Origin: Sedimentisphaerales bacterium
GTDB lineage: Bacteria; Planctomycetota; Phycisphaerae; Sedimentisphaerales; SM23-30
DNA: 64,000 nt
Reading direction: 5' to 3'
Assembly: GCA_963663965.2 (NCBI GenBank)
Contig: CAXXFK010000006.1
Span: forward strand, 96,001-160,000
Part shown: positions 29,698 through 39,846 of the stretch, in pieces
Layout: every line of letters starts with the position of its first letter
Position numbering within the stretch: position 1 is the stretch's first letter
Notes under the pieces: generated by a model
Database searches by the model: none
The model's input: the letters and a program-made list of their open reading frames with translations, nothing else
What the model was told of the DNA's origin: nothing
Made by a program: the position numbers and the translations under genes

Positions 29698-31137
29698 ATG
29701 ATACCCCATCCCATCCAGTTATGTGAAAACGCCTCAAACCAGGATATTGAAACCATTCTGGATGCCTCTTTTACTGTCCTGGAAAGCAAAGGACTCATCA
29801 TTCAATCGTCAACCGCCCACAAGGCTCTGGCCGACGCAGGTTTGAGAGTGAACGCTCAAGATCAAAAAGTATATTTTACCAGGCCGGTCATTGAGGAGGC
29901 ATTATCTTTGGTGCCATCCCAATGGATTTTGCAGGCCCGGAATCACCTGAAGAGTGTCCAGTTTGGCGGTTCCAGTCTGGCGATCGCGCCGGGATACGGC
30001 AGCGTATTTATTGCCGACGAGCAAGGTCGGCGCCGGGAAGCTACATTGAACGATTTCGAAAAACTGTCGCGATTGTCCTACGCCAGCGCTTTAATTGATA
30101 TTACCGGTGGATTACTGGTAGAACCAAACGACATTCAGATCGCACTGCGACCGCTGGAAATGACCTACGCATTGATTCGTAATTCGGACAAGCCGTATAT
30201 GGGGGCGGTGGTCAAAACCGACGGCGCCTACGATTCCATTGAGATGAGTCGGATAGTTTTTGGCGATCTGTCCAATCAATATTGCGTTATTGGCCTGATC
30301 AATATCAACAGTCCTCTTCGGCTGGATGTGACTATGGCCAATGCCCTGATCGCCTATGTCCAGGCAGGTCAGCCGGTTTTGCTGACTCCGGGAATTATGA
30401 TGGGCATATCCGCTCCGGTCACATTCGCCGGCGCGCTGGTTCAGGCCTATGCCGAGTTGATGGGCTGTGTGACTCTGGTGCAAGTCCTGCGACCGGGTAC
30501 GCCGGTGATAATTGGATTAGGTGGTTTCGGCAGTGAGTTGCGAAATGGGACCACGGGCTTTGGCCGGCCTGAAAATGCCCTGGCGATGCAGGTGGGCGCC
30601 CAGATTGCCAGGCGATTACATATCCCGTTTCGATGTTCGGCGGCGGTTACCAGCGCGCGTCAACCCGATTGCCAGAGCGGTTATGAACGAATGATGACCG
30701 CATTAAACGCATACCACAGTGGGTCTCATTTTTGTCTTCAGGCGGCCGGCATTCTGGATTCAATCAATACGATGAGTTATGAGCAATTTATCATCGATCT
30801 GGAAATCTGGTCTTATATTGCCCGCCTGGGTCAGAAGATGACGGTTGATTCGGATGCCCTGGGACTGGATATCATCAATTTTCATTCGGATAATTATCTG
30901 GCTCATGAACATACGATACGTTATATGAGGGAAGAGTTATTCGCACCATCTCTGGCCCCCTTGGAACCTTATGAACAGTGGCTGGAATCCGATAGAAAAG
31001 ACATTGTCATTCGCGCGCGGGGGATCGCCGAGCAAATCCTTAAGGCTACGGATATGCCTGAATTGGATGCTGCTGTCGACAATGAGTTGAAACAATATAT
31101 GAAGTCGCGGAAAAAAACACTACTTGGTATCCCTTAA
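29698..31137 (+). CDS. Trimethylamine methyltransferase MttB-superfamily protein (pyrrolysine-free)
   Basis: RRREATLNDF, VEPND, SDKPYMG, ININSPLRLD, MMGISAPVTFAGAL, DCQSGYE, SYEQFIID; no internal TAG; start 29653 or 29698. Confidence 0.88.
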   Translation: MIPHPIQLCENASNQDIETILDASFTVLESKGLIIQSSTAHKALADAGLRVNAQDQKVYFTRPVIEEALSLVPSQWILQARNHLKSVQFGGSSLAIAPGYGSVFIADEQGRRREATLNDFEKLSRLSYASALIDITGGLLVEPNDIQIALRPLEMTYALIRNSDKPYMGAVVKTDGAYDSIEMSRIVFGDLSNQYCVIGLININSPLRLDVTMANALIAYVQAGQPVLLTPGIMMGISAPVTFAGALVQAYAELMGCVTLVQVLRPGTPVIIGLGGFGSELRNGTTGFGRPENALAMQVGAQIARRLHIPFRCSAAVTSARQPDCQSGYERMMTALNAYHSGSHFCLQAAGILDSINTMSYEQFIIDLEIWSYIARLGQKMTVDSDALGLDIINFHSDNYLAHEHTIRYMREELFAPSLAPLEPYEQWLESDRKDIVIRARGIAEQILKATDMPELDAAVDNELKQYMKSRKKTLLGIP

Positions 31138-31151
31138 GAAGGCTGGATTCA

Positions 31152-32342
31152 ATGCTGACACCGGAAATCCCGTTATCACGAATCAATTCCGAACGCCTGC
31201 GAGACCGTTTGTGGCGATTGGTCCAGATTGCCAGTCCGACCGGGCGAGAAAAAAAGGCAGCCGGGATGTTTGTCGAATTGCTGGAACAAGCAGGCGCCCA
31301 GGTGGTTGTTGATGATAGATTGCCGGATAGTCCAAATGTCATTGGCCGTTTGAAAGGGAATAAGCCCGGCCCGACGATTCAACTGGCCGGCCATCTTGAT
31401 CATATCGACATTGCCCATCCTGTGGCAGAATTACATTTGGATCGGGTAATCGGCAGAGGCGCGGCCGATATGAAAAATGGTTTGGCCGGCATTCTTGAAA
31501 TCGTTCAAATTCTTCATGACACCGGATGTGAATTTCCGGGGGAGATCCTGATTACTGCTTATGGATTGCACGAAGCGCCGGTCGGCAATTCGAAAGGATT
31601 GCTGAATCTGCTGGAAGCCGGCATTAAAGGTGATGCCGCCATTGTTTTTGAGGGGCCCAGTGATGTTGCGGCCGTCATGGCGAATGGGATGGCAATCTGG
31701 AACCTGGGTATTACGCATGCGGCGCCCGCCAGTCATGAATTGTGTACTGACCGGGATAAATATGAATTACTCGAATGGGCATCTCATGTTGTAACGGTTT
31801 TTAAACAAGCCGACCTGGAAAAGAAACAACGTTTAAATCCGTTTCCATTATTACCGGCGGAATCGATTTTTGTCGGACAGTTTCACTATGGCGATTTTTA
31901 TAATCGTTTGACGAATCAATGCGTTCTGCAGGGCACCCGACGCTGGCAACCCGATAAAACATTTGACGAGATCAAAGTTGAATTGGAGTCGGTGATACAG
32001 CATGAAATAAATTCAAATGACATTACTTATAAGCAGGATTGGATGTTAGTCGGGGAATCTTATGAAATTTCTCCCGATGAATTCATTGTACAATGTCTGC
32101 AACAGGCTTATGAGACAGTTACCGGCCGTCCGCTGGCCATCAAGGGGCATAGCAGCGTGACCGATGCCTGTCGGCTGGTGAGTCAGGGGCATATCCCAAC
32201 GGTTCTCTGTGGATTTGGCACGGAAACCGGCCATGCTGATTTTGAGTATGTTACTGTCGAGCAAATAGTGACTTCCTGCCGCATCGCATTCATGACAGTA
32301 TGGTATTATCTCCATCAGTATGTAAGAAGGGAACCGATATGA
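31152..32342 (+). CDS. M20/ArgE-DapE family metallo-amidohydrolase
   Basis: SPTGRE, AGHLDH, GRGAADMKNG, HE, GHADFEYV. Confidence 0.88.
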   Translation: MLTPEIPLSRINSERLRDRLWRLVQIASPTGREKKAAGMFVELLEQAGAQVVVDDRLPDSPNVIGRLKGNKPGPTIQLAGHLDHIDIAHPVAELHLDRVIGRGAADMKNGLAGILEIVQILHDTGCEFPGEILITAYGLHEAPVGNSKGLLNLLEAGIKGDAAIVFEGPSDVAAVMANGMAIWNLGITHAAPASHELCTDRDKYELLEWASHVVTVFKQADLEKKQRLNPFPLLPAESIFVGQFHYGDFYNRLTNQCVLQGTRRWQPDKTFDEIKVELESVIQHEINSNDITYKQDWMLVGESYEISPDEFIVQCLQQAYETVTGRPLAIKGHSSVTDACRLVSQGHIPTVLCGFGTETGHADFEYVTVEQIVTSCRIAFMTVWYYLHQYVRREPI

Positions 32343-33349
32343 AAGCTGTGGTATGGACAGGCAATCGACAATTTGAACTGCATCAGGTTTCCGAACCGGA
32401 GATTCAATCTCAACAGGTTCTGGTGAAGGTTAAAGCCGCTTCAATTTGCACATCCGATTTTCATTATGATGATTATAATTGTGTACCGCCGATTATTCCC
32501 GGCCATGAAATTGCCGGGATTGTACATGCCGTTGGCGCCGGGGTGGTTTCGTTTCAGGTTGGTCAGCGAGTTACGCTTGATCCCGTCCAGCGCTGCGGAC
32601 AATGCCGTTGCTGCCAAGATGGCATCGAACATTTGTGTTTAAATGTTCGACATCTGGGCGGCACTGGGATTCCGGGGGGATGGGCGGAATATGTAGCGAT
32701 TGACGCACAAAACGCATATCCTATTCCAGAATCGATATCATTTGAACAGGCCGCGCTGACCGAACCGGCGGCTGTCTGTCTGGAGAGTTTTCAACGTGCT
32801 CGTTTTAAAAATGGGCAGACCGTAGTAATTATGGGGGATGGAACTTTTGGATTTATCCATGCCATGTTTGCGAGAATTCTGGGAGCCCAAATTATTATTG
32901 TGGCCGGACATTACCCTGAGAGGCTCAGCCGCATTGCCAAAAATACCGGAGCAATCATCTGCAATACCCATGATGAGCCGCTCGATACCTGTTTAAATAA
33001 GATGGGTATTGATTCGAGTGTTGATCTGGTAATCGAAGCTACGGGAAGCAGGACGGTTCCCAATACTGCCCTGAACGTATTGCGACCTCAAGGGGTGTTG
33101 ATTCTGTTTAGTTACATCTGGGATCCTGAACCGTTGGATCTCGGTCTGATTCATATGAAAGAACTCAATGTCCTGGGGGCGTGCCGGTCATCGCATTGCT
33201 TTGAAAAATGTCTGGAGTTGATGGATCAGGGATTATTGGATCCTGGCGAGTTGATAGATATCGAAGCGCCGCTGCAGGAGGTTGGAATGGCCATGAAATT
33301 ATTGGTAGTTGACAAAAAAAACCGGTTTAAGGCGGTTTTGATTCCTTGA
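32339..33349 (+). CDS. Zinc-dependent alcohol/polyol dehydrogenase (MDR)
   Basis: ICTSD, PGHEIAG, CGQCRCC..C structural Zn, GDGTFG. Confidence 0.9.
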   Translation: MKAVVWTGNRQFELHQVSEPEIQSQQVLVKVKAASICTSDFHYDDYNCVPPIIPGHEIAGIVHAVGAGVVSFQVGQRVTLDPVQRCGQCRCCQDGIEHLCLNVRHLGGTGIPGGWAEYVAIDAQNAYPIPESISFEQAALTEPAAVCLESFQRARFKNGQTVVIMGDGTFGFIHAMFARILGAQIIIVAGHYPERLSRIAKNTGAIICNTHDEPLDTCLNKMGIDSSVDLVIEATGSRTVPNTALNVLRPQGVLILFSYIWDPEPLDLGLIHMKELNVLGACRSSHCFEKCLELMDQGLLDPGELIDIEAPLQEVGMAMKLLVVDKKNRFKAVLIP

Positions 33350-33365
33350 AACAGATGAGGTAAAG

Positions 33366-34118
33366 TTGAAGGCAATACAGGACTATACGATTTCTCCCGA
33401 CCAGGCAGTTCTGCAATTTCTTGGGCAGGCAGGATTTTTGATTCATTCCTGCGGACAAACGATTGTTATCGATCCCTATCTGAGTGATTCTGTGGCGAAA
33501 GTATCTCCCGGACTGACGCGGCTAACGCCGCCGCCAATTTTGCCTTCGCAATTGAATGCGGATATTTATATCGTCACGCACGATCATCTGGATCATCTTG
33601 ACCCCGAGACCCTCAAGGGGTATTGTTATGTTGAAACGACGACTTTTGTTGCCCCCCGACTGGCATGCGACACATTGAGACGGCTGGGAATTCCGGAGAA
33701 AAATATCATACAAATTGACAGTGGTCAGAGGAACATTCTGAAAGGAATCGAAATTAACGGAATCTACGCAGTGGCCAGTGAGCCGTCGGTGATCGATACG
33801 ACCGGATATCTGCTTAAATTTCCCAATGGGCGCAGTGTTTATCACAGTTCCGATACGAGTTATTCTGAATTACTGTTACAGTGTGCGCCCCGAGCTGAAG
33901 TCGCATTGGTCTGTATTAATGGACAATGGGGTAATCTGAATATCGAGCAAGCCGCCCAGCTGGTCAACGGTGTCAAGCCGCGTTATGCCATTCCGCACCA
34001 TTATGATGTCATGGCTTTGAATGCAAAAAATCCTGAAACGTTTAAATATCAAATGAATTATGTCAATCCTGAAGTTGAGGTTGTCATATTGAGCCAGTTA
34101 GAAACGTTCATCTGGTAA
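33366..34118 (+). CDS. Metallo-beta-lactamase-fold hydrolase (UlaG-like lactonase)
   Basis: LGQAGF, IDPYLS, THDHLDHLD, YHSSDT, INGQWGN, IPHHYD. Confidence 0.88.
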   Translation: MKAIQDYTISPDQAVLQFLGQAGFLIHSCGQTIVIDPYLSDSVAKVSPGLTRLTPPPILPSQLNADIYIVTHDHLDHLDPETLKGYCYVETTTFVAPRLACDTLRRLGIPEKNIIQIDSGQRNILKGIEINGIYAVASEPSVIDTTGYLLKFPNGRSVYHSSDTSYSELLLQCAPRAEVALVCINGQWGNLNIEQAAQLVNGVKPRYAIPHHYDVMALNAKNPETFKYQMNYVNPEVEVVILSQLETFIW

Positions 34119-34146
34119 AAATCGTCAATTATAAAAATAAAACAAA

Positions 34147-35910
34147 ATGGAAAGTCCAAGCCTGTTAAATACCGAATCATTACGACTGGATATATTAGAT
34201 TATATCTCATTTGGGTTATATTTTGTTGTCCTGTGTGTGATAGGCATCTGGTCAGGCAGCAAAAGAAAGACCGGCAGTGAAGACTATTTTCTGGCCGGGC
34301 GTACCCTGCCGTGGTATGTCGTGGGTACTTCATTTATTGCGTCTAATATCAGCAGCGAACATTTCATCGGTATGATTGGCGCGACGTTTATATATGGAAT
34401 ATCCGTGGCGATGTACGAATGGGGGAATATTAATTCTTTTACAGTGCTGATCTGGTTATTTATTCCCTTTTTGCTGGCAACCAAGGTGTTTACCATTCCA
34501 GAATTTCTGGAAAAACGATTTAATAACACATTACGGCAGTTTTTTGCCTTTCTGACTGTTGTCAGTAATATTATCGCGTTTCTGGCTACTGTATTATATG
34601 GTGGGGGATTGGCCTTGCATGCCTTGTTTGGCTGGCCGCTATGGTTTGCGATCATTACGCTTGGAATTGTCGCCGGTTCCTGGGCGATTTATGGCGGTTT
34701 ACGATCAGTTGCCTGGACTGATTTTTTTACGGTAATTATTATGATCGCCGGGGGATTGATGGTAACGATCCTGGGACTATATATGTTATCCGGGCCCGAA
34801 CATTCACTGGTTAAGGGATGGGAAGTAATGATCCGGAATAATCAGGCTCATGATGGAATCTGGGCTGAGGCCGTCGTCCAGAATGCTCAAAATATAGTCG
34901 CTCAGGATACTTATGACCGATTATCCGTTATTCAGCCGGCGACCCATAAAATCGTGCCGTGGCCTAGTTTGATATTTGGCTTTCTGACTTCCGGTATCTG
35001 GTATTGTGTTTTAAATCAATTTATGATCCAGCGTGTTCTGGGCGCGAAAAATATGTATCATGCCCGGATGGGGATCGTGCTTGCCGGGTATTTGAAAATT
35101 TTGATGCCGGTGATTGTCGTGGTTCCTGGTTTGATTCTGTTTGCTAAATATCCTGAGGTGATGCTGCAGCCGTGGGATGATATAAAGCAGGCCGCGGATA
35201 AAGGTTATGTCCATATGCTACAGACGCTGGTTCCGGCCGGACTGCGCGGTCTGTTTTTAGCCGCATTATTTGGCGCGATTCAATCTACGATCAATTCCGT
35301 ATTGAATTCGTCGGCAACGATTGTCACGCTGGATATTTATCAACGCATTTTCAACAAAAATGCCGCAGAACGAAAACTGGTATGGGTTGGAGTGATGTCG
35401 TCAATTGTCATATTGATGTTTTCTATTATCATGGCGATGTTCATAGGGAAGTGGGGTGAAAGTCTATTTGTCTATATCCAGACACTTTATGCCTTTTTCG
35501 CGCCACCATTTGCCGCGGTTTTCCTGTTGGGTATCTTATTCAAGCGGATTAATGCCCTTGGAGCCACAGTGGCAGTTTTTGCCGGATTTGCTTTTGGGAT
35601 ATTGCAGAAAATGTATCTGATGCTCTGGCCGGACCTGTTTGGGCCGACAGTGTTACACCTGATCGAGCCGTTCAGTAACCAGGCCCTGATCCATTGGGGA
35701 TTCTGCGTTTTGGTCTGTATTATTGTCAGCCTTCTATCGCATCCTCCCAGGCCCGAACAAATTACAGATCAACTGACATTGAACTGGAAGAAGCTGAATA
35801 TATTTTCGGATCTGGGTGGTACATGGTATCAAAGCGTTATTTTATGGTGGGGTCTATTTGCCACCGGGATTATCGGTTTAATCATTAGTTTTTCTAATAA
35901 AATGCATTAA
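34147..35910 (+). CDS. Sodium:solute symporter (SSS, sugar-type)
   Basis: YFLAGRTLPW, ASNISSEHFIG, YGGLRSVAWTD, NQFMIQRVLGA; many TM segments. Confidence 0.93.
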   Translation: MESPSLLNTESLRLDILDYISFGLYFVVLCVIGIWSGSKRKTGSEDYFLAGRTLPWYVVGTSFIASNISSEHFIGMIGATFIYGISVAMYEWGNINSFTVLIWLFIPFLLATKVFTIPEFLEKRFNNTLRQFFAFLTVVSNIIAFLATVLYGGGLALHALFGWPLWFAIITLGIVAGSWAIYGGLRSVAWTDFFTVIIMIAGGLMVTILGLYMLSGPEHSLVKGWEVMIRNNQAHDGIWAEAVVQNAQNIVAQDTYDRLSVIQPATHKIVPWPSLIFGFLTSGIWYCVLNQFMIQRVLGAKNMYHARMGIVLAGYLKILMPVIVVVPGLILFAKYPEVMLQPWDDIKQAADKGYVHMLQTLVPAGLRGLFLAALFGAIQSTINSVLNSSATIVTLDIYQRIFNKNAAERKLVWVGVMSSIVILMFSIIMAMFIGKWGESLFVYIQTLYAFFAPPFAAVFLLGILFKRINALGATVAVFAGFAFGILQKMYLMLWPDLFGPTVLHLIEPFSNQALIHWGFCVLVCIIVSLLSHPPRPEQITDQLTLNWKKLNIFSDLGGTWYQSVILWWGLFATGIIGLIISFSNKMH

Positions 35911-35919
35911 AGGGCAGAT

Positions 35920-38664
35920 ATGAAAGCAAGATATATTATGGGCACCTCTAAAAATTCATTTTGGGCTGCAAGCGGTCTGATTTTCCTTTGGACTGCGTCA
36001 CAAAAAACCGTGAATATTTACAAATATGCCCGGTTCTTTGTTACTTGCCAGAAAAAAATCATCCTCGCTTTCGCCTCTAAAGCAATTATTAGAGGTACCC
36101 TTATTATTTACAGTGTTCTATGTTTTCTGTTTATTGTCAGCAACGTATCGGGCGTCACGGTCGAAAGTGGCGAGTTTACAAAAATTTACGATCCGAGTGC
36201 AGGTGAAAAAAACGACTGGTATATCAACGATCATTGTTTTATTCGTGGCCGGGACGGTATCTGGCATTTGTTTGGCATTACCCATGCTGAACCTTTGGAT
36301 CCCATGGATGAAGATAATCTGGCCCATGCTACAGCAGGGGCGTTGACCCAATGCCCCTGGCGGAAACAACCATTTGCCTTGAGTGTCGAGCCAGTCTGGA
36401 ATGAAATCCATTTATGGGCGCCGCATGTGATTGAACATGAAGGTGTTTACTATATGTATTATTGTGCCGGCGATACTAATCATACCAAATATAAGATTCA
36501 TCTGGCTATTTCCCATGATCTTACGAATTGGGAACGCCATCCTGATAATCCTGTCATCGTTGACGGTTTTGATGCCAGGGATCCGTATATTTTCAGGCAT
36601 GAAGATGGCTGGATTATGTATTATACGGCCACATCGGATCCGGTAAAGGGCAATCATATTGTTGCCTGCCAGATCAGTAACGATCTGATACACTGGTCCG
36701 ACCGCCGGGTTGTGTTTGTCGACCCATCCATTGGTACCTGGGGCGGCCCAACTGAATCGCCTACGGTGATACGCCGTGGTGACAGTTATTATTTATTTAT
36801 TGGTCCTCGAGACCATTATCAAGGCACCTGTATTTATCGGAGTTCGAATCCATTTCATTGGGAAATAGACGATCTGGCCGGTCAAATAAACGCTCATGCC
36901 GCTGAAGTGATTCGGTGTGGACAGGGGAACTGGTATGTCAGTCATTGCGGTTGGGGTCAGGGAGGGGTGTACCTGGCGCCGTTAATCTGGAATGATGATT
37001 TGAATAATACGGACACTTCATTACAGCCGGGTAATGGTATTCGTCTGACAGAAAAGGCTGATAGGGCTGATATGGTTAGGTTGCCCATGACGGAATATCG
37101 CGATAAAATGATGGCGGGCTGGCTGGGGCAGATGGTGGGTGTGGCGTGGGGATTTCCGGTGGAATTTAAATATCTGGGCCAGATGATTCCGGAAAATAAG
37201 GTGCCGCAATGGAAGCCGGATATGATTAATGACGCTTTTGAGCAAGATGATTTGTATGTGGAGATGACATTTTTACGTACGTTACAGCAATATGGATTTG
37301 ATGTGTCCGGGCGACAGGCGGGTATCGATTTTGCCAATACCTTGTACCCACTCTGGCACGCGAATAATGCCGGACGTATTAATTTAAGGCAAGGTGTCGC
37401 TCCGCCTGATTCGGGGCATCCCAGATATAACTCGCACGCTGATGATATCGACTATCAGATTGAGGCTGATTTTGCGGGATTGATCAGTCCGGCGCTGGGT
37501 AATCATGCTATTGAACTGGGAAATACTTTCGGGAGAATAGTCAATTATGGCGATGGATTGTATGGAGGGCAATTCGTCGCGGCCATGTATAGTCTGGCTT
37601 TCATTGAAAAAGAACCTGAAAAAATTATAACCGGGGCGCTGGATTATATTCCCAAAGACAGTCAATACGCCCAGGCGATTTGTGATGTATTGAAATGGTA
37701 TCGGGAATATCCACAGGACTGGACCCGAACCTGGGAATTGATCGACCAGAAATATCAGCGGAATCCTGACTATCGCAAATTCAGCTGTGACCGGGGGAAA
37801 TTCAATATCGACGCGAAAATCAATGGCGCTTATATAGTGATGGGTTTGCTTTATGGAGAAAAGGATATCGCGAAAACTATCCAGATTTCGATGCGTTGCG
37901 GACAGGACGCGGATTGCAATCCATCCAATGCCGCCGGTATTCTTTTTGCGACAATTGGATATCAAAAGCTACCTGCTATTTATAAAGCATTTGATCCAGA
38001 TCGTCAGTTTATCCATACGCCTTATGATTTGCTGAATTTATTTGATGTCTGTGAAACGCTGGCCCGGTTGTCCGTATATCGATTGGGTGGGTATACCGAA
38101 TCGGATGGGGCTGGCAATGAAATTCTGGTGATACCCCAATTACAGCCTAAGCCCAATCCATTAGAAGAATCATTTCAACCGGGTCCGGTAGCGGATAGCC
38201 ATTACTCCATGGCAGAAATGGCTAAGATCATAAACGGTTTACAACTGACTGGCGGGCCGGTCGCGCCGGGGTGGATGATTAAAAATTGCGGCGCTGATAT
38301 GGCTCCGGGTTATTATAAGGGCTTTAATGGCCGGACGGATGTACTTGTGACACATCCACTGGATCAGGATACGGGGTGTTCCCTGAGCAAAGAAATTCCA
38401 ATACCTAAGGATGGCAAAACCAGTTTGTTATTGACTGTTGGTCATCATGCCCAGGGAGATTGGGTATTGATTGTCAAGGCCAATGGGAAGATTATCCTCA
38501 AAAAGGAGGTTGATGCAAAAAATGCGCCGGATGGATATATGAATATCGAGGTAGAGTTATCGGCTTATGCTGGTCAAAAGATCCTTCTTGAAATTATCAA
38601 TCAACCCAATGGCTGGGCCTGGGAAGGTGGGTACTGGGATCGGATTGAAGTGGTGACGCGATAA
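35920..38664 (+). CDS. Fusion: GH43/GH32-like beta-propeller + ADP-ribosylglycohydrolase domain + C-terminal beta-sandwich
   Basis: INDH, WAPHV, ARDP, TESP, HAAEV; then GQMVGVAWG, QDDLYVE, DIDYQIEAD, CGQDADCNPSNAAG; start uncertain. Confidence 0.82.
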   Translation: MKARYIMGTSKNSFWAASGLIFLWTASQKTVNIYKYARFFVTCQKKIILAFASKAIIRGTLIIYSVLCFLFIVSNVSGVTVESGEFTKIYDPSAGEKNDWYINDHCFIRGRDGIWHLFGITHAEPLDPMDEDNLAHATAGALTQCPWRKQPFALSVEPVWNEIHLWAPHVIEHEGVYYMYYCAGDTNHTKYKIHLAISHDLTNWERHPDNPVIVDGFDARDPYIFRHEDGWIMYYTATSDPVKGNHIVACQISNDLIHWSDRRVVFVDPSIGTWGGPTESPTVIRRGDSYYLFIGPRDHYQGTCIYRSSNPFHWEIDDLAGQINAHAAEVIRCGQGNWYVSHCGWGQGGVYLAPLIWNDDLNNTDTSLQPGNGIRLTEKADRADMVRLPMTEYRDKMMAGWLGQMVGVAWGFPVEFKYLGQMIPENKVPQWKPDMINDAFEQDDLYVEMTFLRTLQQYGFDVSGRQAGIDFANTLYPLWHANNAGRINLRQGVAPPDSGHPRYNSHADDIDYQIEADFAGLISPALGNHAIELGNTFGRIVNYGDGLYGGQFVAAMYSLAFIEKEPEKIITGALDYIPKDSQYAQAICDVLKWYREYPQDWTRTWELIDQKYQRNPDYRKFSCDRGKFNIDAKINGAYIVMGLLYGEKDIAKTIQISMRCGQDADCNPSNAAGILFATIGYQKLPAIYKAFDPDRQFIHTPYDLLNLFDVCETLARLSVYRLGGYTESDGAGNEILVIPQLQPKPNPLEESFQPGPVADSHYSMAEMAKIINGLQLTGGPVAPGWMIKNCGADMAPGYYKGFNGRTDVLVTHPLDQDTGCSLSKEIPIPKDGKTSLLLTVGHHAQGDWVLIVKANGKIILKKEVDAKNAPDGYMNIEVELSAYAGQKILLEIINQPNGWAWEGGYWDRIEVVTR

Positions 38665-38682
38665 TAGCATGAGGAAAATATA

Positions 38683-39810
38683 ATGAAAATTGTGAAATAC
38701 ATATTGATCATTTCTGTGGTGGTTTTGATGTTAGCTGGCTGCGCGACTGATCCGTTGCGAGTCAAGCCGTCTGAAATTGTGTCTCCGGTTGGATTTGTCA
38801 AAGGTTTCTCCTGGGGTTGGATCGGCTGGCGTGGTCAGTATGAAGGAGAGGCGCCCAGGGAATCGATGCAGAAGCTGGCGGCTACTAACGCGAACTGGGC
38901 ATGTCTGGCTTTTGGGGCGGAAATGGAAACATTTGATTCACCCAGGATACTGTGGTCTGTTGGTAATCCTAAGATGGTCACCGATGATGAAATTCGGCGG
39001 GCGATTCGTCTGGCACGAGAAAATGGGCTAAAGATTATTTTAAAACCGGTGGTTAATGTACGAGATGGGACATGGCGGGCCTGGATCAAGTTTGAAAAAG
39101 AAGATGGCGCGAAAGATCAAGCGGCATGGGAAAACTGGTGGGGTGATTTCAGGGCCATGTTAATCCATTATGCCGAAATTGCCCGAGATACCCAATGTGA
39201 AATGTTGTGTCTTGGTTGTGAAATGGAAGCGACAGAGGATTCAGCAGACAAATGGCGCTCCTTAATTGCAGATATACGGAAGGTTTATCCTGGGGTGATC
39301 ACTTATAACGCCAACCATGGGAGGGAAGATAAGATTGGCTGGTGGGACGCTGTGGATGTGATCAGTATCAGCGCATACTATCCGGTGGGTACTGACGCTC
39401 TGGATCAGGCTTTGGCGGATGATTTGAGTAAGGTACCGCCTTCGGACAACTCTCTGGCAGCACTTAAGCGCCGATGGTTGCCCCGAAAAAAGGCGCTGGC
39501 GGCATTAAGCGCTCAATTAAACCGCCCAATTTTGTTTATTGAACTGGGGGTATGCAGTGCACGGGGATTCAGCGCCGCGCCGTGGACTCATCATCAGCCG
39601 ATGGCCGTGTATGATGGGGATGAACAGCGGCGTTATTATCAAGCCACAATAGAAACTTTCTGGGATGAACCCTGGTTTATCGGTTTTGCCTGGTGGGCCT
39701 GGGAGCCGCAATTGTATTCGCTGGAAGAGGCGAAAACGGACACGGGATTCTGCATTTATGGAAAACCCGCGGAAAAGCTGGTGACGGAATGGTATCGAAA
39801 ACCAAGATAA
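38683..39810 (+). CDS. GH113-like glycoside hydrolase, lipoprotein
   Basis: LAGC lipobox; LKPVV..DGTWRA, LGCEM, TYNANH, ISAYYP, PILFIELG, GFAWWAW. Confidence 0.85.
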   Translation: MKIVKYILIISVVVLMLAGCATDPLRVKPSEIVSPVGFVKGFSWGWIGWRGQYEGEAPRESMQKLAATNANWACLAFGAEMETFDSPRILWSVGNPKMVTDDEIRRAIRLARENGLKIILKPVVNVRDGTWRAWIKFEKEDGAKDQAAWENWWGDFRAMLIHYAEIARDTQCEMLCLGCEMEATEDSADKWRSLIADIRKVYPGVITYNANHGREDKIGWWDAVDVISISAYYPVGTDALDQALADDLSKVPPSDNSLAALKRRWLPRKKALAALSAQLNRPILFIELGVCSARGFSAAPWTHHQPMAVYDGDEQRRYYQATIETFWDEPWFIGFAWWAWEPQLYSLEEAKTDTGFCIYGKPAEKLVTEWYRKPR

Positions 39811-39846
39811 AACACTCTAAATAACCGATCATTAGGAGATAAGACT

